Shown here piece after piece: positions 44,529-54,038 of a stretch of 64,000 bases of DNA (positions within the stretch are counted from its first letter, which is position 1; each line of letters begins with the position of its first letter). Under the pieces are notes generated by a model. It did no database searches, was not told where the DNA came from, and saw only the letters and a program-made list of their open reading frames with translations. The stretch is from Firmicutes bacterium UBA5201. GTDB taxonomy: Bacteria > Bacillota > Clostridia > Peptostreptococcales > Acidaminobacteraceae. Position numbers and translations under genes: made by a program. The stretch spans positions 81,184-145,183 of the forward strand of contig DHVT01000026.1 of NCBI GenBank assembly GCA_002412775.1. The letters are read 5' to 3'.

Positions 44529-45179
44529 CTATTGATTTCTTAATTTTTCTAAATCATCCCCATTTCGGATCTCTATAAACCCCATATTCAATCTCTCTGC
44601 AAAAATAGAATCATACACACTATCGCCTACCATCTTCATTTCATGTGTGACCAGTTGAAATTTATCAACAAATGCCAGTCCATGATCAATTGCTGGTTTA
44701 GGGTTTAATGGGTCATCACCACATCCGATGTAATCAAATTGATTGTAAATCTCAAACACTTTTAATAAATATTCTGTATTCGCTCTTGAATCAGTTGTTA
44801 TAAGCGCTAAGTATACGCCCTGATTTTTAAATGTATTCAAAAGCTCGGGCACGATGGGACTCATAAGAGAAACAAGCGAAACAAACTGATAAACCCCTTC
44901 TCTTACGAGATCTTCAAAAATTGCTAGGGGCCTAATCGGCACATCCATTAATGCTTTTAGCTCCAACCATATTTCTTTCACACTCCCCATGACTGCCAGA
45001 CTGTTGCTTGATAACCCGGTTTCATTTATGCCAATTTTTTTAAAAATTTTTATAATCTGATCAGAATTTGTATCGAGAAATTCCGAAATCGCATACTGAT
45101 AAACCGCATGCCAAAACTGCTCGACCTCTAAAAGCGTCCCGTCTTTATCAAAAATCACGCCTTTCAACTGCTTACTCAT
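44529..45179 (-). CDS. HAD-superfamily hydrolase (phosphatase/phosphonatase-like)
   Basis: Start MSKQLKGVIFDKDGTL (DxDGT motif I). ITTDSR (motif II). VGDSVYD (motif IV). Confidence 0.8.
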   Translation of the reverse strand: MSKQLKGVIFDKDGTLLEVEQFWHAVYQYAISEFLDTNSDQIIKIFKKIGINETGLSSNSLAVMGSVKEIWLELKALMDVPIRPLAIFEDLVREGVYQFVSLVSLMSPIVPELLNTFKNQGVYLALITTDSRANTEYLLKVFEIYNQFDYIGCGDDPLNPKPAIDHGLAFVDKFQLVTHEMKMVGDSVYDSIFAERLNMGFIEIRNGDDLEKLRNQ

Positions 45180-45951
45180 ACATCCACTCCACATCATTAA
45201 ACTCTAATGCCTTTCTCCATTCTTCAGGAAATTTTATATCGCAAATGATACAGTTGATTGCTTTCAGTGGCGCTATTTGGTATAGATTTCTAACACCTAT
45301 TTTAGAATGGTCAACCAAAACAACCGCCTCTTTACACTGTTCAATCATTTGCTTTGATAAAAGTGTTTCGCGTTCATCATATCCCGTGATCCCCCCCGAA
45401 AGATGAATCCCACCAACGGCTATAAACGCCATGTCGACAAAAAACTTTTTTGAAAACTGTTGACTTATCGAACCCGAAACGGCTTGCTGTTTCTCATTGA
45501 TTTCACCGCCTATAAAAATCAACTTCCCCATAAACTGCTGAGACAACTTGAATTTAGAAAGTTGCACCATAACGTCAATGGAATTTGTAATCACCGTTAA
45601 ATTTTGCTTCCCCAAAATCAGTGGAATCATTTGGGCGATAGTTGTCCCCACATCAAGAAAAATCGACATATTGTCTTGGATCAATCTAGAAGCCATACTG
45701 GCAACCTTGATTTTTTCGCTGATATAAATCAGTCGTCTTTTTTCAATTTCTGGCTCTTCAGATAAAAACAAGTATTTCACAGCACCGCCATGTACGCGTT
45801 GCAATTTATGTTGTCGTTCTAAATTGGTTAAATCTCTACGAATAGTAGCTGATGTAACCTCGAATTTATGTGCCAGTTCAACCACTGATATTTTACCATA
45901 CGCATCTAAACACGCCATTATCGCTTTATGTCTTTCATTTGAATAATCCAT
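45172..45951 (-). CDS. DeoR-family transcriptional regulator
   Basis: N-terminal HTH ERHKAIMACLDAYGKISVVELAHKFEVTSATIRRDLTNLE. DeoR-C sugar-phosphate-binding-like C-terminal domain. Confidence 0.85.
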   Translation of the reverse strand: MDYSNERHKAIMACLDAYGKISVVELAHKFEVTSATIRRDLTNLERQHKLQRVHGGAVKYLFLSEEPEIEKRRLIYISEKIKVASMASRLIQDNMSIFLDVGTTIAQMIPLILGKQNLTVITNSIDVMVQLSKFKLSQQFMGKLIFIGGEINEKQQAVSGSISQQFSKKFFVDMAFIAVGGIHLSGGITGYDERETLLSKQMIEQCKEAVVLVDHSKIGVRNLYQIAPLKAINCIICDIKFPEEWRKALEFNDVEWMYE

Positions 45952-45953
45952 AT

Positions 45954-46967
45954 CTAACCGATCCTCTTAAGCTTCTCAGGTTCAAAATGTACATAAATCT
46001 GCTCACCGATTTTAAACGCAGGTGTTTCATCTTCGTAAAGACAGTCAACTAGCAACTTTGTGTGTCGATCTGACACAATATATCTTAAAATACTACCCAG
46101 TAAAATAACGTCTTTCACTTGCATCTGCGCAGTAACACGCGTATGCAGTTCCGATGGCGCATGCGAAATCTTAATAACTTCAGGACGTAGTGCAAAGCGT
46201 CCTTCTTTATGATCGAATTTTGAAAAGCCTTCAAATTGCTCTGGACTTAAAATATTGTAGTGTCCAATAAACCCTGCAACAAAGTCATTGGCAGGCTGCG
46301 TATAGATGCTTTTTGCACTTCCGAACTGTGTGATTTCACCTTTGTCCATCACGAAAATCTCATCTGATAAAATCAGTGCTTCTTCTTGATCATGTGTAAC
46401 AAATATTGTTGTGATATTTAGTGCGCGCTGAATCTCGCGAATTTGTAACCTTAATGTCTTTCTAATCTTTGCATCCAGAGCGCTGAATGGCTCATCCAAC
46501 AACAGTATCTTAGGTTTTAATACCAGTGCCCTTGCAAGTGCCACACGTTGCTTTTGGCCACCTGACAATTGGCTGGGGAGTGATTTTTCTTTTCCTTCCA
46601 GCGCAACCAACTGAATCATCTCACGCGTTCTATCTTTGACTTCTTCTGCTGGCAACTTTTGAACTTTTAGTCCAAAAGCGATATTTTCCCACACATTCAA
46701 GTTGGGAAAAAGCGCATAATTTTGAAACACCATGCCGATGTTTCTCTTTTGTGGCAACAAATGCGTAACCTCTTCGTCACCAAACATAATCTCTCCTTCA
46801 TCCACCTCGATTAAGCCTGCGATGCATCTAAGCAACGTACTTTTCCCACAACCAGAAGGACCTAATAAGGTGACAAATGACCCCTGCTCTATGGACAAGT
46901 TGATTTTATTCAAAACATTTAAATCGCCATATGACTTCGATAGCGCTTTTACCGTTACAGTTCCCAT
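45954..46967 (-). CDS. ABC transporter ATP-binding protein (PotA/FbpC-like importer ATPase)
   Basis: Walker A GPSGCGKST, signature LSGGQKQRVALARAL, Walker B LLLDEP, and a C-terminal TOBE-like region. Confidence 0.9.
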   Translation of the reverse strand: MGTVTVKALSKSYGDLNVLNKINLSIEQGSFVTLLGPSGCGKSTLLRCIAGLIEVDEGEIMFGDEEVTHLLPQKRNIGMVFQNYALFPNLNVWENIAFGLKVQKLPAEEVKDRTREMIQLVALEGKEKSLPSQLSGGQKQRVALARALVLKPKILLLDEPFSALDAKIRKTLRLQIREIQRALNITTIFVTHDQEEALILSDEIFVMDKGEITQFGSAKSIYTQPANDFVAGFIGHYNILSPEQFEGFSKFDHKEGRFALRPEVIKISHAPSELHTRVTAQMQVKDVILLGSILRYIVSDRHTKLLVDCLYEDETPAFKIGEQIYVHFEPEKLKRIG

Positions 46968-46968
46968 A

Positions 46969-47757
46969 TTAACCTCTCTCTGTATCGTATTTGTTCAGGT
47001 GAAGAATCAAGGCAGTAATTGCTACAATGAGTATAAAGTAACTGGTTACGATGGCACTGCTATAGTGTCCACTTACGCCCCTCGACCAAAACATAAACAC
47101 TTGGATGGTCTCATAATTGCCACCCACCAATATATTTGAAAGCACAAATTCGCCCATTAAAATCGCAAATGATAAAAGTACTGAAACACTTACGCCTTTA
47201 ATTAAATTTGGGAAAATCACTTTCCAAAATGTTTCCCATTCAGTCGCCCCAAGTAATTTTGCAGCATCTACTAATGTTTTAACCTCGAGATTATCTAAAC
47301 TTGTTTTAATCCCTTGATACATAAATGGCATAATCACCACGAAATACGCGCCAATCAATATAAAAACAGTTCCCGAAATTGCCAGCGGACCACTTGAATA
47401 GAGTTTAATCAAACCTACTGCTAAGATTACACCTGATATGGCAAAGGGAATCATAGACACAAACCGCATGATGCGAGTGAGCCATGGGAAATGGACCTTT
47501 CCCATGTAAATCACAGGCAGCAAAAGTGTAAAACTTAATGCAATACTGATAATGGAAACACTAAGTGATCGACCAACTGCCCGATAAAATCGAATGTTGG
47601 TGAACAGTGAATAAAAGTGTTTCAGCGTAAACCCTTCCGGTAATAAAGTGATTTGCCACTTGGTGGAAACAGCATAAATTACAGTGAAAAAGATGGGAAT
47701 CACCATGTACACCATAATCATCACAACCATAAGTGCACTGCTTTTACGATTCTTCAT
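46969..47757 (-). CDS. ABC transporter permease
   Basis: Six-TM protein with EAA-like loop DAAKLLGATEWETFWKVIFP. Confidence 0.85.
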   Translation of the reverse strand: MKNRKSSALMVVMIMVYMVIPIFFTVIYAVSTKWQITLLPEGFTLKHFYSLFTNIRFYRAVGRSLSVSIISIALSFTLLLPVIYMGKVHFPWLTRIMRFVSMIPFAISGVILAVGLIKLYSSGPLAISGTVFILIGAYFVVIMPFMYQGIKTSLDNLEVKTLVDAAKLLGATEWETFWKVIFPNLIKGVSVSVLLSFAILMGEFVLSNILVGGNYETIQVFMFWSRGVSGHYSSAIVTSYFILIVAITALILHLNKYDTERG

Positions 47758-48568
47758 GCAACCTCCTACGACCGATGGTATTAAGCGCTAAAAGTATGGA
47801 AGCCAAAATAACCGAAAGTGCACTGGCCATATTGGGCTTAAGGAATATATCCCCGCTGACTAACGTACCTATACGTACAGGTACGAGATTAAACGCACCA
47901 CTTGTTAATGCATAAGCAGTGGCATATGCGCCTATTGCATTTGCAAATAGGATGACGCTGGTGGAAAGAAGTGAGGGGAATAACAGAGGCAAACCAATGC
48001 GCTTCCAGAACACCCACTTACCTGCACCTAACGTAAATGCTGCTTCTTTATAGGAACCCTCTATTCGATCAAAGGCTGGGTATAACAGTAAAATGCCAAG
48101 TGGTATTTGAAAATATACATAAACCACAATCAATCCTATTTTAGAATATAAGTTAAAAATTGAAATCAAATCAAAACCTAAGTGCTTAAACAAAATTGTG
48201 ATCACGCCATTATTGCCCAGTATGATCATAAACGCAAAAGCCAAGGGCACGCCTGAAAAATTCGATGCCATATTGGTCACGGTAAGGGCGATTTTTCCGA
48301 GTCGCTTTCCAGAACTGTGAATCGCATGTGCAGATAGCAGAGAAATGCCCAGTCCGATCAGCATGGATTTAAACGCAATGTCCAAGCTGTTGCCAAAACT
48401 CTGCGTGTAGAAGGGATTACTAAAAATTTCTATATAATTGGAAATCGACCATACATCTTGTTCTGTTTTAAAACTGTCTATTAGCACAAACAACATCGGT
48501 AGTAACAAAAACAAACAGACAACAATGAAAAATGGCGCGATTAAAAGATAGTGATTTTTCTTAGTCAC
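47744..48568 (-). CDS. ABC transporter permease
   Basis: Six-TM protein with EAA-like loop EAAFTLGAGKWVFWKRIGLP. Confidence 0.85.
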   Translation of the reverse strand: MTKKNHYLLIAPFFIVVCLFLLLPMLFVLIDSFKTEQDVWSISNYIEIFSNPFYTQSFGNSLDIAFKSMLIGLGISLLSAHAIHSSGKRLGKIALTVTNMASNFSGVPLAFAFMIILGNNGVITILFKHLGFDLISIFNLYSKIGLIVVYVYFQIPLGILLLYPAFDRIEGSYKEAAFTLGAGKWVFWKRIGLPLLFPSLLSTSVILFANAIGAYATAYALTSGAFNLVPVRIGTLVSGDIFLKPNMASALSVILASILLALNTIGRRRLHEES

Positions 48569-48578
48569 AGATGCCTCC

Positions 48579-49337
48579 TTAAATTTCTAGGCAGTTCATA
48601 ATAAATGCTTTTAATGCCACTTGTTCCGTAGGTAAATCTTTAGTTTTTGTGCCAATGTACCAGAATGGCACATATCGTTCAAGTGGTGTTCCCCCACCAT
48701 GCCCTCTGTCTTCTGACATGCCATGGTCAGCGGTCACAATGATTTCATAACCTGCTTTTATCCATTCGGGAAGTGCCATAGACAAAATGCCATCTACACG
48801 TCTGGCGGCCAATCCATACCCCTCAGACAGCGCACCATCTTTGTGACCTGCATCATCCACATTCATAGGGTGAACAAGCATAAAATCAGGTTGGTACGTT
48901 TTTAGTAAATAAGAGGCATCCATAAAAACATGCGAATCCGGATATTGGTCTTCGTAGTAAAAAATGCCGTAATGTATCGGCGGTTCGCCACTCAAATGAA
49001 ATCGATCAAGCGTCGAATTCTGATCCCCATTCAAATAAAGTTCAGAAATCCAATGATAAGCAGCAGCAGCGGAAATCATGCCTGATGCTGCCACTTCATG
49101 AAAAATGCTCTTTGATTTACTCAGTGATCGATTTAAGTTGTGAACAATGCCATGTTCGTAAGGCTGTTTTCCTGTGAGTATGGTTTCATATAAGGGTCTT
49201 GACAGTGTGGGAAGCGACGCCACCACATTGGATTTGCGCGCGATTGAACCTTCTTCCAAGTGTTTCATATACCCCATCTTCAACTCGGCGATTTCATTAC
49301 CTAACCCATCTAAAACAACTAAAATCATTTTTTTCAT
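48579..49337 (-). CDS. Alkaline-phosphatase-superfamily enzyme (type I phosphodiesterase/nucleotide pyrophosphatase-like), short form
   Basis: MILVVLDGLG, PTLSRPLYETILTG, VDDAGHKDG and VTADHGM resemble the metal and nucleophile motifs of the AP/NPP superfamily. 252 aa. Confidence 0.65.
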   Translation of the reverse strand: MKKMILVVLDGLGNEIAELKMGYMKHLEEGSIARKSNVVASLPTLSRPLYETILTGKQPYEHGIVHNLNRSLSKSKSIFHEVAASGMISAAAAYHWISELYLNGDQNSTLDRFHLSGEPPIHYGIFYYEDQYPDSHVFMDASYLLKTYQPDFMLVHPMNVDDAGHKDGALSEGYGLAARRVDGILSMALPEWIKAGYEIIVTADHGMSEDRGHGGGTPLERYVPFWYIGTKTKDLPTEQVALKAFIMNCLEI

Positions 49338-49343
49338 ATATAC

Positions 49344-50429
49344 CTACTTCAAATGAATGAGTACGCGCATTTGCCATAACTCTGGTAAAGTTTCTGTAGT
49401 GGCATTCCACGCTTTATGGTCTTGAACCGGTTTGGCGTTTGCGTATTGTGCTTCCGGGAGCATTTTTCTTTTCACTTCGTCTGGCATATCGATGCTACTT
49501 CGAATTGGTCTTGCAAAGCCATTTGCTAGGTTAATTTGACCTGCATCGCTAAAAATGTGCTCCCTCGCTAACTTCGCTGCATTTGGATTTGGTGCATACT
49601 TGTTGATGATGGTAGCATATCCACTGATAACTGATCCCTCTTGTGGAATTACCACCGCATAATCGGATTCACCCAATTGTGCTCTATAATTTAGTGCATT
49701 AAAATCCCACATAATGGCGACTTCTATTTCACCACTTTCAAGGTTTGCCACACTTGGTGATACAGTGGATATTCTACCATCCTTTGCCAATGTTTCAAAA
49801 AAATTAAGTGCTGGTTCTAAATTCGTTTCATCTCCGCCATTTGCGATGGCACATGCAAGTACTGCATTGCTAGCTTGCGCCGCTTTACCTACGTCGCCCA
49901 CTGAAACTTTATAATCGCCACTCAACAAATCTGCCCATGAAGTTGGAGGTTGATCTACGAGATTTGTATTTGTGATAAATGCAATCGTCCCTGTATAAGC
50001 AAGCATCCAGTGTCCTTCTTCGTCTTTTGCCCATGCAGGCACATCATCCCAATATGAAGTTTTATAAGGTTGTGTAACGCCACTTTCCACGGCGACAGGC
50101 CCAAAAGCGATGCCTACATCACCGATATCTACGGTTGGGTTGTCTTTTTCTGCCACCATTTTTGCGATTTCTTCTGCACTACTCATGTCTGTATCAGTGT
50201 GTGATAATCCATATTCTCTGCTTAAATCTTCCCAAGTGTCTTTCCAGTTTGCCCAATCATCTGGCATGCCCACACTAACAATTTTGCCTTCTGCTTTTGC
50301 ACGTTCGATGATGACGTCTAACGATACGTTTTCATCCCTTTTAGTTTCAGCTTGATTTGATGCACATCCCGTGATCATCATTGATAACATAAGTGTTAAT
50401 GCCACTATTTTTCTACCTTTGTATTTCAT
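49344..50429 (-). CDS. ABC transporter substrate-binding lipoprotein (PotD/AfuA-like fold)
   Basis: Lipobox MITGCAS. About 360-aa periplasmic-binding-protein-like composition. An alternative start is ATG 50441. Confidence 0.8.
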   Translation of the reverse strand: MKYKGRKIVALTLMLSMMITGCASNQAETKRDENVSLDVIIERAKAEGKIVSVGMPDDWANWKDTWEDLSREYGLSHTDTDMSSAEEIAKMVAEKDNPTVDIGDVGIAFGPVAVESGVTQPYKTSYWDDVPAWAKDEEGHWMLAYTGTIAFITNTNLVDQPPTSWADLLSGDYKVSVGDVGKAAQASNAVLACAIANGGDETNLEPALNFFETLAKDGRISTVSPSVANLESGEIEVAIMWDFNALNYRAQLGESDYAVVIPQEGSVISGYATIINKYAPNPNAAKLAREHIFSDAGQINLANGFARPIRSSIDMPDEVKRKMLPEAQYANAKPVQDHKAWNATTETLPELWQMRVLIHLK

Positions 50430-50552
50430 AATCCCTCCCATATTGTCTTCACTTATTCAAAATCGTTACATTTCTTTTGAACTACGATTAGCATATCGTA
50501 CATATGTAATAACAATATTTGTTTATGTTTATTTTCATGTTAACTTATTTGT

Positions 50553-50581
50553 CCAAATGAACATTTCAAACGTTCATTTGG
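50553..50581. promoter_or_regulatory. 10-bp perfect inverted repeat upstream of the island ABC operon (operator candidate)
   Basis: CCAAATGAAC-9 nt-GTTCATTTGG, about 110-150 bp upstream of the binding-protein start. No adjacent U-tract. Confidence 0.4.
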
Positions 50582-50629
50582 TGGTTTGGCCTAAAAAACA
50601 AAAAACTGACCTGTTTACTGAGGCAGGTT

Positions 50630-50970
50630 TCAGATAAGATATTTCGGAACTATATCGAAAATAAAGGGTGGAAGCTCATCAAAGAATACACGTAACTGGA
50701 TATTTTCGGTTATAAGAAGTCGGCCGCCAGTAGAGACCAACTGTAGCTATTGATTCAAGATGCGAAACCGTTTTTGGCAGTCAGAAGGTGAAAGTTTACA
50801 AATCTCTCACCGAGTTCTGGAAAGTCATGTTCTAATGGTCTACCAAGGTAATTATGGAGGCAGAGCTGCTCCTTATAGTTATGAGTTGATAGCATCAGAT
50901 GTTTATAACCGCAAAAAAAAATCAATGTTGTCAAAAATAATTGAAATCATCAGAATTTTCACGGATTTTG
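50630..50970 (+). pseudogene. Decayed serine recombinase gene
   Basis: The frame reads ...NYIENKGWKLIKEYT*LDIFGYKKSAASRDQL*LLIQDAKPF, a resolvase-domain pattern with in-frame TAA (50693) and TAG (50744). Further on, in another frame, GNYGGRAAPYSYEL resembles the GG..PYGY recombinase-domain start. The reading frame then runs into the tRNA fragment. Confidence 0.5.
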
Positions 50971-51066
50971 GAGTACCAGCTGGCAGTCTGGGTGTTGTGG
51001 GTTCGAGCCCCATCATCTCTACCAATCAAAAAAACACCTAATAACCAATGGTTACGGGGTGTTTTT
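50971..51066 (+). repeat. Direct-repeat copy of the tRNA-Ala 3' half plus terminator (att-like scar, non-functional)
   Basis: Aligns with 43849-43949. One G is deleted in the anticodon stem, CTCCACCA becomes CTCTACCA, and the terminator loop differs. No 5' half is present. Confidence 0.85.
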
Positions 51067-51239
51067 AGTTTATCCATACCTATTCAGCTGCTGTATAAAT
51101 GGGGGTGCAGACGTTTTTTGGACTTTATGCGACCAAATCCTACCGTCTCCATCCTTTTAATCCAGCCAAGTCATCTATACCTTCTACAAACACTCATTGA
51201 TGGTGCTGCTTTATTCATGGCCTCACTCATCATTTAGCG

Positions 51240-51600
51240 GGTTGAAACTGCATAAAATCATGACGTTGTCGACATACTTTCGTGGCCAAGCAACTTCATA
51301 ATAAATGGCTATGTAAATTATTTTTATATAAATCCATGGCTCTGGTCTTTCTTATCATATGACAATGAACACTTTTCGGAGCTTCACAACTAAGCGTTAC
51401 GAAAGGATTCGGCACATCTAGATGCAACTTGCTCCTCTTTAGATCAGCAAGTTCCTGTATTCTGGCATCAGTATCATAAAGCATAATCAACATCATTCGA
51501 TTTCGTCTGTGTTTTGTAGTACCAGTTATTATAAGCAGAAAGAATAGCTGTAGTTGCTTTTGGTCGATGATACTTCACAAATAACCTCAATAGTCATTTT
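51240..51600 (-). pseudogene. Decayed tyrosine recombinase/integrase gene
   Basis: The 66-aa ORF reads LYDTDARIQELADLKRSKLHLD...FVTLS joined to HCHMIRKTRAMDLY. Out of frame downstream, LLGHESMSTTS* occupies 51258-51293. These are box I/II-like integrase motifs interrupted by a deletion, a frameshift and a stop. Confidence 0.6.
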
Positions 51601-51958
51601 GATGCATCTCCTTTTCTTGGTACTTCAAGTATAAATACTATGCCGAGAATCTAAATTGGAGCAAAGAGTTTCAGTCATTAAACAACGACAAACAAAAAAA
51701 TGATGCTATCAGAATTGATTGATAACATCATCGTTTATAAGGATTGTATTGACATTATACAGAAAATTTCAATGGCTGAGTACTGTAAAGACTCGAATAT
51801 TTGCGATGAGACAACTTATATTAAGCTGTCAATGAAGTGTACAAAGCATCTTGGTTATCTAAATCTATGTTTGGAATCATTTGAAATAGAAAACTGAGAT
51901 ACAAATGTGGATTTAAACCATAGGCCTTATCATTACTTCTAGTATTTATCAAATCAAA

Positions 51959-53959
51959 TCACACCTTGAAAACCTTAACAAGATCAGACAAGTGAATTGA
52001 AAGACTTGAGAGCTTTTCACTCGATCGGTTAAGTTCGGCCATGGATGCCGCTTCTTCCTCAACAGAAGCTGAAACTTCTTCAGTGGCAGCAGAATTGGAT
52101 TCTGCAATCTCTGTCAGATTTCCCATGGTTTTGATCAGTTCAATAATCATTTCTTTGATTTCTTTTTTGGAAGATTCAAGTGCATCAATCTGATCGATAG
52201 ACAACTTAGTAGACTCAGAAATTTTCTCATAAATCATTTTACTTGTGTCTATACGTCTACCCTGTTCAATAAAAACAGATTTCACTTCTTCAATTGTCGA
52301 AAGTGCATGCTCTGAATTTTTGTTCAATTCGGTAACAATATTTGAAATTTCACTGGTACTATGTCCTGATTCTTCCGCTAGTTTTTTAATCTCATTGGCA
52401 ACTACAGCAAAACCACGACCCGCCTCTCCTGCACGCGCTGCTTCTATGGCTGCGTTCAATGAAAGAAGATTGGTTTGATCAGCTATGGATGCGATTACAT
52501 CACTGGCAGACCTGATTTTCATAGCGCTTTCATTGGTCATCGACATACCAGCTTCAACTGCTTTAATGGCCTCGAGGCTTTTCTCGGAGGAAGTGACCAG
52601 TGAGTTGATTTCTTCAACTCCTAGTATTACAGAATTTTCTACAGCAAGTGATGCTGAATGGATTTGTTCAAGCAACATGAGCAATTCATGAACTATATCG
52701 TCCAATGATTGTATATGAGTTGTTCCGCTTTGAGCTTGATCAACTTGTTTCCCTGCATTTCCAGCAATGTCTTCTACGGCATGAGCGATATCATCAGCTG
52801 CCCTGGCGTTTTCTTCTGATGTCTGATGCAATTCATATGAAGCATCAGAGACGTTAGTTGATGCGTCTTTCACGTTGGTAATCACATTTCTCATAGAATC
52901 GACCATGTTATGGATGGAAACCGTCAATTGTCCAATTTCATCTTTTGATGAAGTAATAATTTCGGTAGTGAGATCTCCCTTTTCAATATCCGCAACAGAT
53001 TGCTTGATGTTTGTAATAGGTTTAATGATGATTCTATTGGTCATAATGGTCATGATCACTATCAAGAAAAGACCAACAATGATGATTGCTACAGCAGACA
53101 TGATCAGAACCCGATTTGTGAAAGCGACTATTTTGGAACGGTCTGAGATAACTTTGATATAACCTGCGGTATTACCGAGATAATCATTGTATGGCAGTAA
53201 TGTCACCATTTCTTTTCCACTTTCAGAAAGCCAAATGGTGTATTCACCTGTCGATACTGTTTGAATATGTTCTTCGATGTTTGGCCATGAGTCGGTTTCA
53301 AGGGTACCGGCTATAAAAGCGTTGTCTTCATTTTCAAAATTCCATGAAACACTCTCACCTTGATTGAGAACATAAATAAAATAATCAGACCCGAAGGAAG
53401 TTTTAAGTTTTTCTAAAAACTTTTGATCAAATGCGCTACCGTACTCGACTGATCCTGTGTGCTTACCATTATGAAACATCGGTACCACAACTCTGAACCC
53501 ATAACCGCCACGACCTTCTTCAAGTCCAGAAACAATTGTTTTGCTTGCATTTGCTTCGTTCACAGTAAACCTGAATTCTTTGAGACTATCACCATAGGAA
53601 TCTGGCATGTGAAGTCTGAGAAAGGATGTAGAATCAGGCAAATGGAATTGAATCTGTGCGACATCATCTTTTAGAACCTCAAATACTGGCAAAAGTTGCT
53701 TTGCGAGTTCGTCACGATTGCGCTCAGCAAATAGGGATTGAATCCCCTTGTTTCCCGAAATACTCAAAACAGACATTTTAGCGCTGTCCAGTTGTGCCTT
53801 CAATTGGTTGTCAACGGCATTTTTCATGAGTATTGCGTATTCATCCTCTTTCGTCTCGATGATGTGGTTATTGACCCATTGCATAGTACCAAATAATGTA
53901 ATGAAAGCAATGATTACTATCATTGCTGTGCCGCCGATAAACTTTAATTTTAAAGACAT
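51959..53959 (-). CDS. Methyl-accepting chemotaxis protein (Cache-like sensor, HAMP, MA domain)
   Basis: Two TM helices flank a ~270-aa extracellular domain. [22 protein letters not shown]. Signalling hairpin [40 protein letters not shown]. Confidence 0.9.
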   Translation of the reverse strand: MSLKLKFIGGTAMIVIIAFITLFGTMQWVNNHIIETKEDEYAILMKNAVDNQLKAQLDSAKMSVLSISGNKGIQSLFAERNRDELAKQLLPVFEVLKDDVAQIQFHLPDSTSFLRLHMPDSYGDSLKEFRFTVNEANASKTIVSGLEEGRGGYGFRVVVPMFHNGKHTGSVEYGSAFDQKFLEKLKTSFGSDYFIYVLNQGESVSWNFENEDNAFIAGTLETDSWPNIEEHIQTVSTGEYTIWLSESGKEMVTLLPYNDYLGNTAGYIKVISDRSKIVAFTNRVLIMSAVAIIIVGLFLIVIMTIMTNRIIIKPITNIKQSVADIEKGDLTTEIITSSKDEIGQLTVSIHNMVDSMRNVITNVKDASTNVSDASYELHQTSEENARAADDIAHAVEDIAGNAGKQVDQAQSGTTHIQSLDDIVHELLMLLEQIHSASLAVENSVILGVEEINSLVTSSEKSLEAIKAVEAGMSMTNESAMKIRSASDVIASIADQTNLLSLNAAIEAARAGEAGRGFAVVANEIKKLAEESGHSTSEISNIVTELNKNSEHALSTIEEVKSVFIEQGRRIDTSKMIYEKISESTKLSIDQIDALESSKKEIKEMIIELIKTMGNLTEIAESNSAATEEVSASVEEEAASMAELNRSSEKLSSLSIHLSDLVKVFKV

Positions 53960-54038
53960 ACGATTCCTCCTCTTTTTATCTATTTTATTCTATCTCTGTA
54001 TCAGTTAATACCTGAAATGTTATGCACTTTGCGGATAC

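Larger units (their letters stand above)
43950..50970. mobile_element. Candidate ~7-kb genomic island integrated at tRNA-Ala, bounded by a ~100-bp imperfect direct repeat
   Basis: The left repeat (43849-43949) comprises the tRNA 3' half plus its terminator. The right repeat (50971-51066) is a degenerate copy. Decayed recombinase genes lie at the right end. Confidence 0.55.

Noticed and set aside
50760-51237. ORFs 50760-51041 (93 aa) and 50941-51237 (98 aa).
   Set aside because: Both read through the tRNA fragment and its terminator copy. The first only preserves a short recombinase-like stretch, so it is treated as part of a pseudogene and not as a gene.
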